Positions 39,376-49,851 are shown, counted from the first letter of the stretch. The stretch is 64,000 bases of DNA from Verrucomicrobiales bacterium (GCA_031411295.1 JANOAV010000044.1:10472-74471); one strand, 5' to 3'. The notes: a model not told the origin generated them from the letters alone. Made by a program: numbers and translations.

Positions 39376-40374
39376 ATGAAACGTTCGCTCCCTCGTCTTT
39401 TGCTCCGTTTATCGCTTTGTCTGCTGGTCCTGAGCGGCACTTTGCTGGCCTATGTAAGTCATCAGGGGGTGCAGGCGTTGTTGTATCCTGCTCGTCGAGG
39501 GCTGGATGATTACCATCGCAGTGTGGTGGCTCAGCCGAAGGATTTCGGGTTTGAGTTGACGTCATTATCCGTCGAGCGGCCGGGGGGCGTGACGATTGCC
39601 GCGCAATACCTCTCGCCACGCCCCGAAATTCTTCCGCAGGTGCAGGCGGATTATCAGCGCCAACTTACCGCTGCGGGGATGGGTAACCTTCTCCAGTGGG
39701 TTCGGCCCCGGGGCACGCTGGTGTTGTTGCACGGGCGGAATTCCTGCAAGGAACACTGGTATCCTGCCGCCGAGCGTTTTGCCCGCATTGGTTTCAACAT
39801 CATTCTACTGGACAATCGGGCTCATGGGCAGACTCAAGGCGGTTGCTGCACCTTCGGTTCTCAGGAAGCCGCAGACGTTAGTGCGGTGCTGGACGCGGTG
39901 GCCGCCCGCTGGGGGCTCCCAGCGGAGGTGGGTGTCATGGGCTACTCGCTGGGTGGTGCCGCAGCCGTTTCCCTGTTGCCGCACGAGCCACGCGTGAAGT
40001 GTGCGGTGCTGGTCAGCGTGTTTGCTGATCTGGAGGAGATCATCGCAGGACCAGCTCGGGCTCGTTTTGGCAGTTGGAGCGGACTGGCGATGCCCTTTGT
40101 GCGGCTGGAAACGCGGTGGCGTGCCGGATTTAGCATGAGTGAAATTTGCCCCTGCCACACCGCTGCGCAGATCACCGTGCCGTGCTTGCTGTTCCATGGC
40201 GCGCAGGATCAGTTTGTAAAGCCGGAGCATAGTCAGCGGATCCTCGCTGCGCTGAGCAGCAAGCAGAAGCACCTAACGGAAATTCCAGATGCCGCCCACG
40301 CGGACGTCTTCATCAAGGGTGGCAACAAGCTCTATCTGGAAATCACGGCCTTTCTTAAGGAAACGCTCCTATAG
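39376..40374 (+). CDS. Membrane-anchored alpha/beta hydrolase
   Basis: LLHG, DNRAHG, GYSLGG, FHGAQDQFV and AAH motifs. Confidence 0.85.
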   Translation: MKRSLPRLLLRLSLCLLVLSGTLLAYVSHQGVQALLYPARRGLDDYHRSVVAQPKDFGFELTSLSVERPGGVTIAAQYLSPRPEILPQVQADYQRQLTAAGMGNLLQWVRPRGTLVLLHGRNSCKEHWYPAAERFARIGFNIILLDNRAHGQTQGGCCTFGSQEAADVSAVLDAVAARWGLPAEVGVMGYSLGGAAAVSLLPHEPRVKCAVLVSVFADLEEIIAGPARARFGSWSGLAMPFVRLETRWRAGFSMSEICPCHTAAQITVPCLLFHGAQDQFVKPEHSQRILAALSSKQKHLTEIPDAAHADVFIKGGNKLYLEITAFLKETLL

Positions 40375-40633
40375 CCTTAGCTTGGGGCCTCGCAATCGTG
40401 CCTGTCGTTGACGGTAGGGAAACCCGTGGTCAGCCCAAATCACCACTTTGTGTAAATTTTTTCACTTTTTTACGAATAAAAACTATTGGGCAACGCTCTA
40501 ATCAGTAGAGACGAGAGTCTCATCCAACTTAAACCAGCCGCCGCGGCTCATGCCGCGACCGGCCCGGAGCCAAGATACGAATCTTCCCCCCGAGATCGGT
40601 CACGCGCAGAGAGTCAAGGCAGCATCGCCAGCC

Positions 40634-41584
40634 ATGAATGATCTGCCAATGTATCAAAGATTCCCCACCCGGCCTCGCATTGGATTGGCTCTGTCCTGCG
40701 GAGGTGCTCGTGGTTTGGCTCATGTCGGAGTGATTCAGGTATTGGAGGAAAACGACATTCCGGTCGATGTCATTGCTGGCACCAGCATGGGAGCCTATGT
40801 CGGTTGCTTGTGGGCTGCCGGCTATGATGGGAAGGACCTACAGCGTTTTGCGGCCGAGATCGGCAGCCCGAAGGATCTTTGGCGGCGGTTGGATTTGGTG
40901 ATTCCACCAGTGAAAGGATTGTTCCAAGGCAACGGCATTCGCGAGCGCTTGGAAGCGGCTTTGAAGGGGGCTACGTTTGATTGCCTACAGCGGGAACTTC
41001 ATGTGGTGGCGGCCAATATCGACACCCTGGAACGCAAGGTTTTCTCCGCTGGCGATGTAGCCAGGGCGGTGCACGCCAGCTTCGCGATTCCCGGCATTTG
41101 TGTCCCGCTGGAAATAGATGGTTTCCGTTATGTGGACGGTGGCATCGTGGATCCATTACCAGTGGGCATTCTCACTGGAGCGGGGTGCGATCTAACCATT
41201 GCTGTGAGTGTCGTCCCCTCTATTTCCGATGTGCAAATGGCGGGCACGACGGTGGCGGAGGAGGCGCTGCCAAACATGCTGGTGCGCAGCCTCCGAGCGA
41301 TTAATCGTTCGTTCAACGTCTTCGCCCATGGCAACGTCATCGACACCCTCCGACGCTCCATTACCGCTGCGGAAATTCGCATGGCGCACACCTCCGCGCG
41401 ACGCGCCTCCCTAGTGATTCGGCCTGCCGTCACCGGCTCAGCCTGGCATGATTACCATCGGTATCCGAACTACATCGAATTGGGGCGGCGGGCGGCGGAA
41501 GCCAGCCTCCCAGCCTTGTTTGAACTGCTTTCCAACTATCAACCGAAAGGAGATCGTCATGAAACTACACTCATCACCCACTGA
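40634..41584 (+). CDS. Patatin-like phospholipase (RssA/NTE family); alternative start 40550
   Basis: GGARG oxyanion loop, GTSMG and VDGG motifs. Confidence 0.9.
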   Translation: MNDLPMYQRFPTRPRIGLALSCGGARGLAHVGVIQVLEENDIPVDVIAGTSMGAYVGCLWAAGYDGKDLQRFAAEIGSPKDLWRRLDLVIPPVKGLFQGNGIRERLEAALKGATFDCLQRELHVVAANIDTLERKVFSAGDVARAVHASFAIPGICVPLEIDGFRYVDGGIVDPLPVGILTGAGCDLTIAVSVVPSISDVQMAGTTVAEEALPNMLVRSLRAINRSFNVFAHGNVIDTLRRSITAAEIRMAHTSARRASLVIRPAVTGSAWHDYHRYPNYIELGRRAAEASLPALFELLSNYQPKGDRHETTLITH

Positions 41585-43043
41585 TTCATTCCCCGCTCTG
41601 GCGCAACATCAGGTCCACCAACTGCGGCATTATTTGAAGACCCGTGTGCTGCCATTTTCCGCGCACTATGGAAAGCTCATTGCTGAGCATGGCCTGAATG
41701 CAGATGACCTGCGCACGGCGGAGGGTTTGGCGGAGATTCCCTTGACTTCGAAACTGGATTTGCTGGGCAATCCTCGTGAGTTCGTCCTCATCCCTGATCC
41801 GCAAATTCTGCGCCACCAACCCGCCACCCTCTGGCGCGCCCTAACGCATGGCAAAGCCTCCACGCTGGCCAGTTTCGAGCACGAATTCCGTCCGCTGCTG
41901 ATGACCAGCACCACGGGACGCTCCAGTTCCCCAGTGCCATTTCTTTACACCGCCCATGATTTGGAAATTCTGACCATCGCAGGCCGCCGCATCATGGAAA
42001 ATGGCGGCACGCAGATCGACTGGCGGCATGCCAATTTGTTCCCCTTCGCCCCGCACCTGGCGTTCTGGCAGGCGCACTATTGCTCCATGGGCTTCGGGGC
42101 CTTCATGGTCGGCACCGGCGGTGGTAAGAGCATGGGCACGGAGGGCAACATCGCTCTGATTGACAAGGTGAAACCTGAAGTGCTCATCGGCATGCCAACG
42201 TTTCTCTATCACATTCTGACCCTCGCAGTGGCAGCTGATCATCATTGGCCACAGTTGCGAATTCTCGTGTTAGGCGGAGAGAAAGTTCCGCCTGGCATGA
42301 GGCGCAAACTGCGGGGACTCTGCGCGGAATTAGGAGCCGGGAAAGTTTCCGTCGTGGTCACCTATGCCTTCACGGAAGCCAAGATGGCGTGGATCGAATG
42401 TCCTACCCCCGAAGGTGCAACACCCGCTGGCTATCATCTGTCCCCTGATCTCGGAATCATGGAAATCATCGATCCCATGACCGGTGAGAAACAAGGACTC
42501 AATCAGCCGGGAGAGATCGTTTACACGCCGCTGGATGCGCGTGGCACCGTCGTCATTCGCTATCGCACCGGGGATCGCACGGACGGCGGATTGGCCTACG
42601 GAAAATGCCCGCACTGTGGTCGCGTGAGTTTGCGACTAACCGGAAACATTTCTCGCGTCAGCGAAATCCGTTCACTGCGGATGGATAAACTCAAGGGCAC
42701 GCTGGTGGACTTCAATGCCTTGGAGCATGTGCTCGATGACATTGATGGCATTGGGGCCTGGCAGATTGAATTGCGCAAAGCCAATGACGATCCCTACGAG
42801 CAGGACCAAGTCATCGTCCACGCTTCCGCCAGTCCCCAGGCGCAACGCACGGGCTTGGAGCATGAAATTTTAACCCGCTTCCTCACCACCGCCGAACTTC
42901 GGCCGAACCGCATCGAATGGCACAGCAATGATACCATGAGCGAGCTTCAAGGCGTTGGTCGTGCGCTGAAGGAAGAGAAACTCGTCGATCACCGACCTGC
43001 CGTATCCAGTCCTCGGCCAGAGATCCTAACACCCCATTCCTAG
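41559..43043 (+). CDS. Phenylacetate-CoA ligase/F390 synthetase-like adenylate-forming enzyme
   Basis: AAAGGAG RBS; IPLTSK, TSTTGRS, LGGE, TYAFTE and IRYRTGD motifs. Confidence 0.8.
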   Translation: MKLHSSPTDSFPALAQHQVHQLRHYLKTRVLPFSAHYGKLIAEHGLNADDLRTAEGLAEIPLTSKLDLLGNPREFVLIPDPQILRHQPATLWRALTHGKASTLASFEHEFRPLLMTSTTGRSSSPVPFLYTAHDLEILTIAGRRIMENGGTQIDWRHANLFPFAPHLAFWQAHYCSMGFGAFMVGTGGGKSMGTEGNIALIDKVKPEVLIGMPTFLYHILTLAVAADHHWPQLRILVLGGEKVPPGMRRKLRGLCAELGAGKVSVVVTYAFTEAKMAWIECPTPEGATPAGYHLSPDLGIMEIIDPMTGEKQGLNQPGEIVYTPLDARGTVVIRYRTGDRTDGGLAYGKCPHCGRVSLRLTGNISRVSEIRSLRMDKLKGTLVDFNALEHVLDDIDGIGAWQIELRKANDDPYEQDQVIVHASASPQAQRTGLEHEILTRFLTTAELRPNRIEWHSNDTMSELQGVGRALKEEKLVDHRPAVSSPRPEILTPHS

Positions 43044-43070
43044 TTCATTTCACTTCACCCCTAATTAATC

Positions 43071-44282
43071 ATGAAAACCGCAGTCATCGTCGATGGACTC
43101 CGCACTCCCTTCTGCAAGGCCGGCAGCGCCTATGCGGGACTGAGTGCGGCTGATCTTGGCCGTCAGGTCACAGTCGCTTTACTCGCCCGCACCGGCTTGG
43201 ATCCGGCCATGATTGACCATGTCATCTTCGGATGCGTCAGCCAGCCTGCCGATACCGCTAACATCGCCCGTATTATCGCGCTGCGCAGTGGTATCCCGGA
43301 GCACGTTCCAGCGCTCACCGTGCATCGCAATTGCGCGTCCGGCATGGAAGCCGTGACCACCGCCGTGGAAAAACTCGCGGCCGGACAGGGCGAAATTTTC
43401 CTGATTGGCGGAACGGAAAGCATGAGTCATCTGCCGCTCCTGTATAACGCCAGCAGCACTGCGAAATTTAGTAAACTCGCGCGCGCCAAATCGCGCAGCA
43501 ATCGGCTGCGGGCACTGGCGGGATTTCGTCCAAGCGATTTCTCGCCCATCCCTGCCCTGAAGCTAGGCCTGACAGATCCAGTCGCTGGGCTGAACATGGG
43601 GGAAACGGCCGAGATCCTCGCACGCGAATTTTCCCTCACACGACACGATCAGGATGCCTACGCCATGCGCTCCCATCACCGCGCCAGTGCGGCCGTCGCC
43701 CAACTAGCTGCGGAGATCACGCCAGTCTTCGTGAACGGCCAAGCCATTACAGCCGATAACGGCATCCGGCCAGATTCAAGCATGGAAGCCCTCGCGAAGC
43801 TTTCTCCCGTCTTCACGAAAGATTGTGGCACGGTCACGGCGGGCAACTCCTCCCAGATCAGCGATGGTGCTGTCGCGCTGTTAGTTATGAGTGAAGATCG
43901 CGCCAACGCCTTGGGATTGGAACCGCTGGGCCGCATCGAACGCTACGCCTATGCTGGTTGCGATCCCCGCCGCATGGGCCTCGGCCCCGTTCATGCCATC
44001 GCCAAAGCGGGGCGCTTACTAGCGGATGCGGAAGTCATCGAAATCAACGAGGCCTTTGCCGCGCAAACGTTGGCCGTCGTGAAGGCTCTCGGTGGGCTGC
44101 CGGAGGAAATTTACAATCCCAACGGCGGAGCCATCGCGCTGGGGCATCCGGTCGGTGCCAGTGGGGCCCGCCTCATTCTCACTTGTCTCCATGAACTCAA
44201 ACGCCGTCAAGCTCACACCGGACTCGCCACGCTGTGCGTGGGCGGAGGTCAGGGTGGGGCCGTGTGGCTCGAAAGGAACTAA
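43071..44282 (+). CDS. fadI: Acetyl-CoA C-acyltransferase (thiolase), FadI-type
   Basis: NCASG, VTAGNSSQISDGA, EINEAFA, GHPVGASG and LCVGGGQG motifs; FadI-like insertion after ESMS. Confidence 0.9.
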   Translation: MKTAVIVDGLRTPFCKAGSAYAGLSAADLGRQVTVALLARTGLDPAMIDHVIFGCVSQPADTANIARIIALRSGIPEHVPALTVHRNCASGMEAVTTAVEKLAAGQGEIFLIGGTESMSHLPLLYNASSTAKFSKLARAKSRSNRLRALAGFRPSDFSPIPALKLGLTDPVAGLNMGETAEILAREFSLTRHDQDAYAMRSHHRASAAVAQLAAEITPVFVNGQAITADNGIRPDSSMEALAKLSPVFTKDCGTVTAGNSSQISDGAVALLVMSEDRANALGLEPLGRIERYAYAGCDPRRMGLGPVHAIAKAGRLLADAEVIEINEAFAAQTLAVVKALGGLPEEIYNPNGGAIALGHPVGASGARLILTCLHELKRRQAHTGLATLCVGGGQGGAVWLERN

Positions 44283-44286
44283 CCCT

Positions 44287-46503
44287 ATGAAAACAACCCT
44301 AACTACTGCTTCCGTGATCACGCCCGATGCCTTGCAACGTTTGGTGGATGATCAAGGAATCTGCCATCTCATCTTCGACACGCCCGGCAGTGTCGCCAAT
44401 ATTTTCACCCGGGAAACCATGGCCCAACTGGAAAGCCATCTCCGCTGGGTGGCGCAACAGCAGGATCTCAAAGGACTGCTGCTGCGCAGTGCCAAGCCTA
44501 AGATCTTCATTGCGGGAGCGGACCTCAACACCATGCTGGCCAGCTCGCCAGAGTCGTTAGGTGAACTGATCACCACAGGGCAACGGGTGTTCTCACTGCT
44601 GGCCAATCTTTCCCTGCCCAAAGCCGCCGCCATTCACGGAGCCTGCCTCGGAGGCGGCTTCGAGCTGGCCTTGGCGTGTGATTACCGCATCGCCAGCGAT
44701 GACCCAGCCACCCGCATCGGCCTGCCGGAAACCCAACTGGGCCTAGTGCCGGCATGGGGCGGATGCACGCGCCTGCCCCGCCTCATCGGAGTGCGTGGGG
44801 CTTGCCAGGTCATTCTTAAAGGGACCGCTTTCACGGCCTTTATGGCGCAGAAGCATGGTTTGATTGATGCCGTGGTGCCCGCCCATTGCTTGCTGCAACG
44901 CGCCATCCAATGGCTGTTGCATCCGGTTAGTGCAAATCGCCACGGCACCATGGATCGTTTTGTGGCCCCGGTGATTCGCAGTCTTACCCGAGGCCATTTA
45001 CAACGCAGCACGCATGGAAATTATCCCGCCCTGCCCGCTGCGCTGGATCTCATCAGCAAGGCCCCGTGGCGCTCCGTCGAAGCATCCCTGGCCGCAGAGC
45101 GCAAGACCTTTGAGACCCTGATGGCCTTGCCTGGCAGTCGTAATTTGATCCGCCTGTTCTTCGCCAGAGAACGCGCCAAGAAGTTGCGCGTGCCTGGGGT
45201 GGCGCGGAAAATTCAGCACGTGGCCATCTTGGGCGCTGGGGTCATGGGATGCGGCATTGCTTACTGGCTCAGCTCGCGCGGCTTGTCCGTGCAACTCACA
45301 GACATCAATGCCGCCGCGCTGGCCAAAGCGGAAGCCCGCCTGCGCCAATCCTGCACCGAAGCGGTCAGTCGTCATTTACGGACCCGCACTGAAGCGCAGG
45401 CGGTGATGGATCGCATCGTGCTCGCGACCAATGAGGTTTCCTTTAAAAAGGTGGACCTTATCATCGAAGCCGCCGTGGAAGATCCCGCCATCAAACGCGC
45501 TCTCTTTACCAGCCTGAGACCACACCTAAGCCCCACCGCATTGATCGCGACCAACACATCTGCGATCCCACTGGGAGGCTTGTGGGACAGCACTCAGGCC
45601 GTGGAGGGCGACGTTAGGAGACCCGCGCCACGCCAAGCTGATTCTCCTGTGCCTGATTCCGGTCTCGTGACCTCGCCCTCCACGGAGCGAGCCCTCAAAC
45701 CAATTGCAGGGATCGCCAACTTCCTTGGACTGCATTTCTTCAATCCAGTTCACGCCATGCCGCTGGTGGAAATTGTCCGCCCCCCTCACACCAGCGACGA
45801 TGCCGTCGCCACCGCCGTGGAGTTTGTGAAAGCGATCGGGAAATTGCCAATCGTCGTAAAAGATAGTCCCGGATTCCTCGTCAATCGCGTGCTCATGCCC
45901 TGCCTGCTGGAAGCCGCCCGCATGGTGGAAAACGGTGCCAGCATCGCCAGCGTGGACAGTGGCATGCTGACCTTTGGCATGCCCATGGGGCCGCTGCGCT
46001 TGCTGGATGAAGTGGGCTTGGATGTCGCCCTGCATGTGGTGAAAACTCTGGCCGCAGCCTTTCCCCATACTGCCAACGTGCCCGCTTGGATCGAGCAACG
46101 CGTGCAATCGGGGGCGCTTGGTCGCAAGAGTGGTCATGGATACTATTTATATAGTGAAGGCAAGGAACCGGTGCCCGCTGATCATGCCAAAATTCGCCCG
46201 CGCGATATTACGGAAGCGCAACGTCGTTTACCCTTGCTCCTTACAAATGAAGCCGCGCGTTGTCTCGACGAAGGGATTGCCGCCACCGCTGAGGACATTG
46301 ATCTCGGCATGGTGTTAGGCACGGGCTACGCTCCATTTCGCGGAGGCCCGCTGCGTCATGCTGATGCGCTGGGCCTGGAAACTACGCTGCGCTCCCTGCA
46401 AGCCTTGGAGGCTGAATCTGGATCGCTCTACACTCCGGCCCACGGTCTGGTGACCCGGGCCCTGAACCACCTCACCTATTACCCAGAGGACCCCACAAAA
46501 TGA
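44287..46503 (+). CDS. fadJ: Fatty acid oxidation complex alpha subunit (enoyl-CoA hydratase/3-hydroxyacyl-CoA dehydrogenase), carrying an in-frame palindromic insertion
   Basis: FIAGAD, GGGFELALAC, GLPET, GAGVMG, NTS, GLHFFNP and PGFLVNR motifs. Confidence 0.9.
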   Translation: MKTTLTTASVITPDALQRLVDDQGICHLIFDTPGSVANIFTRETMAQLESHLRWVAQQQDLKGLLLRSAKPKIFIAGADLNTMLASSPESLGELITTGQRVFSLLANLSLPKAAAIHGACLGGGFELALACDYRIASDDPATRIGLPETQLGLVPAWGGCTRLPRLIGVRGACQVILKGTAFTAFMAQKHGLIDAVVPAHCLLQRAIQWLLHPVSANRHGTMDRFVAPVIRSLTRGHLQRSTHGNYPALPAALDLISKAPWRSVEASLAAERKTFETLMALPGSRNLIRLFFARERAKKLRVPGVARKIQHVAILGAGVMGCGIAYWLSSRGLSVQLTDINAAALAKAEARLRQSCTEAVSRHLRTRTEAQAVMDRIVLATNEVSFKKVDLIIEAAVEDPAIKRALFTSLRPHLSPTALIATNTSAIPLGGLWDSTQAVEGDVRRPAPRQADSPVPDSGLVTSPSTERALKPIAGIANFLGLHFFNPVHAMPLVEIVRPPHTSDDAVATAVEFVKAIGKLPIVVKDSPGFLVNRVLMPCLLEAARMVENGASIASVDSGMLTFGMPMGPLRLLDEVGLDVALHVVKTLAAAFPHTANVPAWIEQRVQSGALGRKSGHGYYLYSEGKEPVPADHAKIRPRDITEAQRRLPLLLTNEAARCLDEGIAATAEDIDLGMVLGTGYAPFRGGPLRHADALGLETTLRSLQALEAESGSLYTPAHGLVTRALNHLTYYPEDPTK
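45599..45685. repeat. REPIN-like inverted repeat inside the fadJ coding sequence
   Basis: CCGTGGAGGGCGACGTTAGGAGACC (45599-45623) vs the reverse complement of 45661-45685, CCGTGGAGGGCGAGGTCACGAGACC: 22/25. Confidence 0.8.
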
Positions 46504-48329
46504 AAACCATCCCTGAATCCACCACTGTCATCGACACCTCGAAAATGTCCACCGGCCAACGCGCGGCGTTGGAAACTGCCGAGGCAGCACGTGAAAGCAT
46601 CAGCGGACGCAGCTTTGCGGCATCGCTCTTTCTGGGCCGACCCAATTTCGCCAAAGCGATGATTTTTCCCACGCAATCATTGGAAGATCGCGATCAAGGG
46701 GACGCGTTCCTAACGCGCCTTGAAGGCATCCTCCAAACGGCCGATCCTGACATGATTGATCGCGAGGGCGAAATCCCAGATCACGTGCTGCAAGGACTGG
46801 CGGGCATCGGGGCCTTTGGCATCAAGATCCCTCGCTGCTACGGCGGACTGGGACTCTCACAAACCAACTACAGCCGGGCCGCCATGCGCCTGGGTGCCTT
46901 CTGTGGCAATCTCACTGCCCTGCTCTCCGCGCACCAATCCATCGGCGTGCCCCAACCGCTGTTAATGTTCGGCACGTCAGAGCAAAAGCAACAATTTCTG
47001 CCACGCTGTGCCGCAGGGGAAATCAGCGCCTTTGCGCTTACAGAGCCCGATGTCGGCAGCGATCCCGCCCGCATGAAGACCACTGCCATTCCCACGGAAG
47101 ATGGATCTGCGTTTCTCATCAATGGCGAGAAACTCTGGTGCACCAACGGCACCAAGGCTGGCCTGCTGGTCGTCATGGCCCGCACGCCAGCCTCGGATAC
47201 GGACTTGGCCAGTGGCAAGACGCCCATCACCGCGTTTATTGTGGAAGCCAACTCACCGGGACTCAAAATCGTGCGGCGTTGTCGTTTCATGGGCCTGCGG
47301 GCGCTTTACAATGCGGTTATTGAGTTTCGTGACGTCCGGGTGCCACGAGAGAATATTGTGCTAGGCGAAGGCAAGGGCCTCCGCGTGGCGCTGAGCACCT
47401 TGAACATCGGCCGCATCACCCTGCCCGCTGCCTGTGCCGGGGCCGCGCGACGCTGTTTGGAAATCGCCACCCGCTGGGCCAGCCAGCGCGAACAATGGGG
47501 TGCCCGCATCGGAGATCACGCGGCCATTGCGGGGAAAATCGCCCGCATGTCCGCGCACACCTTCGCGATGGAGAGCTTGGTTTACTACGTTAGCGCACTG
47601 GCGGAACAAAAAGCGGACGTCCGCCTGGAAGCCGCTCTCGCCAAGCTTTGGGGCACCGAGCGCGCCTGGGAGATCGTCAATGACACCATGCAAATCCGCG
47701 GTGGCCGTGGCTACGAAACTGCCGACAGTCTCCGCGCCCGAGGCGAAGCCCCGGAACCCGTGGAGCGTTTCCTACGCGATGCCCGCATCAACACCATCTT
47801 CGAAGGCAGCAGCGAAATCATGCGTCTGTTCATCGCCCGGGAAGCTCTCGATCCCCATCTGCAAGCTGGAGCTCCGTTGCTGGATACTCGCTTGCCGTGG
47901 AAACAACGCCTGGCCGCCGTGCCTGCGGCAGTGAAATTTTACCTACCTCATCTCGCCAGTATTTTCTTTCCCTACCAAGGCATTCCCGAGGTCGGCCCCT
48001 TCCGTGCCGAAGCCCGCAAGATCGCCAAACTCAGCCGTCGCCTAGCCCGCGCCATGCTTATGGCCCTGGCGAAATTCGGCCCCAAACTCGACCGTCAACA
48101 ACTCGTGTTAGCCCGACTCGTCGATGCCGCCGCCGAACTCCTCGCAGCCACTGCCAGCATTGCCCACGGCAAATATTTGCTGGAAACCAAGGAGGAGGAA
48201 TCCACGCTCCCAACCGTCAAACACCTCTGCCATCTGGCCTTCCAAAAGGCCGAAGAGTTGCTGCAACACCCCACGCTCCCGAGTGATGGCGAGGGATACA
48301 AACTGGCGCAGGGGTTACTGCGGGGGTGA
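46500..48329 (+). CDS. Acyl-CoA dehydrogenase (VLCAD/ACAD9-like)
   Basis: AFALTEPDVGSD, NGEKLWCTNG, LNIGR, QIRGGRGY and RINTIFEGSSEI motifs; ATGA overlap with fadJ. Confidence 0.93.
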   Translation: MKTIPESTTVIDTSKMSTGQRAALETAEAARESISGRSFAASLFLGRPNFAKAMIFPTQSLEDRDQGDAFLTRLEGILQTADPDMIDREGEIPDHVLQGLAGIGAFGIKIPRCYGGLGLSQTNYSRAAMRLGAFCGNLTALLSAHQSIGVPQPLLMFGTSEQKQQFLPRCAAGEISAFALTEPDVGSDPARMKTTAIPTEDGSAFLINGEKLWCTNGTKAGLLVVMARTPASDTDLASGKTPITAFIVEANSPGLKIVRRCRFMGLRALYNAVIEFRDVRVPRENIVLGEGKGLRVALSTLNIGRITLPAACAGAARRCLEIATRWASQREQWGARIGDHAAIAGKIARMSAHTFAMESLVYYVSALAEQKADVRLEAALAKLWGTERAWEIVNDTMQIRGGRGYETADSLRARGEAPEPVERFLRDARINTIFEGSSEIMRLFIAREALDPHLQAGAPLLDTRLPWKQRLAAVPAAVKFYLPHLASIFFPYQGIPEVGPFRAEARKIAKLSRRLARAMLMALAKFGPKLDRQQLVLARLVDAAAELLAATASIAHGKYLLETKEEESTLPTVKHLCHLAFQKAEELLQHPTLPSDGEGYKLAQGLLRG

Positions 48330-48447
48330 ACAATAAAGCGAGGGATTCGATCTTGGCATCGCGAACAAATTTTCTACCAAAGTTGCAATTTGGGTCTCGA
48401 CCCTGCCCAAGGAATACAGCAAAACTGAGGACAAAGAAAAGTAAACC

Positions 48448-49851
48448 ATGCCTCAACAAACATTTCCAATCCTACTCCTGCGCCTTTGCGCCATCATCGT
48501 CACCAGCTTCAGTCAAATGATTGCCGCAGAGCGTCCCAACGTCCTGCTCATCATGGCTGATGACCTGCGCGACTACGGTGGGGCATTTACGCGTGAGGCG
48601 GTCAAGACGCCGAACTTGGATCGCCTGCGGGCCCGCGGGACCACCTTCGAGCGAGCCTATGTGCAATACCCAGTCTGCAACCCCAGTCGTTGTTCCATGC
48701 TGACGGGGCTGCGGGCCGAGCAAACGGGCATCGTCGGCAACGACCTCAAACTGCGCGCGAAGCAGCCCGACATCATCACCCTGCCACAACTTTGCAAAAC
48801 CGCTGGATGGCAGTCGCATGCCTTCGGCAAAATTTATCATCTCGGGGGAGGCAAAGACCCAGAAGCCAAACAGGCGTGGATGGACTCCGGAAAATCCTGG
48901 CACACGGCGCAAGCATTTGAAGCCACCAAGGCAGGGAAGCAAATGCTCGCTGGACGGAATGTTACTGGCGGCTCTCTCAACTGGTGCCAGTGGGGAGCCG
49001 CCGATGGCACTGATGACGACCAACCTGACGGCCAAATCGCTGCGGCCACAGTGGCCATGATTGAGAAGCTTGGTGATGCGCCATGGTTCATCGGCTGTGG
49101 ATTCATGAAACCGCATGATCCCTTCATTGCCCCCAAGAAATATTTTGATCAGTATCCCCCAGAGTCCGTTAAGCCTTGGCGTGATCCGACTGACATGTCT
49201 CCGGCTCCCAAGGAAGCTGTGGGATTTGGCGCTTATGGTGAGGCCTTCGGCAAGTTTTCCGAGAAAGAATGGGGTGAGTTGTTCCGCGCTTATTGTGCCG
49301 CCACGACTTTCATGGACGCCCAACTCGGACGAGTGTTGGATGCGCTGGATAAAGGCAAGCTTTGGGATAAGACGCTCGTCATTTTCGTGGGTGACCACGG
49401 CTACCACACAGGCGAGCGGCATTGGTGGAATAAGAACACGTTGTTCGAGCGCGCTTGTCGCGCCCCGCTGATCATTGCGGCACCGAAGATGAAGGGCGCG
49501 CAAGTTAGTAAATCCCTCGTCGAGTTCGTGGATCTTTACCCCACCGTCACTGACTTCTGTGGCCTGCAACCGCCCCACGCCACCGCCGGAGTGAGTTTGC
49601 GTCCGGTATTGGTAAAGCCAGATGCACTTCTGAAACAGGCCGCCTTCACACTTGTCACTCGGGGGCCGAAACTTTATGGGCAAAGCGTGCGCACTGCGCG
49701 CTGGCGATTCACGCGTTGGAGCGATGGTCAGTCAGAACTCTATGATCACGATCAGGACCCTGAGGAACTGCACAATGTTGCCGACCAACATCCTAGCATT
49801 ATCAACGAACTCACCCTGCACGTGCAAACCCTGCCGAAACTTAAACTATGA
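48448..49851 (+). CDS. Cys-type sulfatase (iduronate-2-sulfatase-like)
   Basis: PNVLLIMADDL, CNPSR, GKIYH, KPHDPF and DHG motifs; signal peptide. Confidence 0.92.
   Translation: MPQQTFPILLLRLCAIIVTSFSQMIAAERPNVLLIMADDLRDYGGAFTREAVKTPNLDRLRARGTTFERAYVQYPVCNPSRCSMLTGLRAEQTGIVGNDLKLRAKQPDIITLPQLCKTAGWQSHAFGKIYHLGGGKDPEAKQAWMDSGKSWHTAQAFEATKAGKQMLAGRNVTGGSLNWCQWGAADGTDDDQPDGQIAAATVAMIEKLGDAPWFIGCGFMKPHDPFIAPKKYFDQYPPESVKPWRDPTDMSPAPKEAVGFGAYGEAFGKFSEKEWGELFRAYCAATTFMDAQLGRVLDALDKGKLWDKTLVIFVGDHGYHTGERHWWNKNTLFERACRAPLIIAAPKMKGAQVSKSLVEFVDLYPTVTDFCGLQPPHATAGVSLRPVLVKPDALLKQAAFTLVTRGPKLYGQSVRTARWRFTRWSDGQSELYDHDQDPEELHNVADQHPSIINELTLHVQTLPKLKL

Noticed and set aside
40447..40480. Possible second CarH operator upstream of the patatin/fad operon
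   Set aside because: Only one 11-mer (AATTTACACAA, minus strand) fits nAnnTnnACAn; its neighbours do not, and the region is AT-rich, so a chance match is likely.
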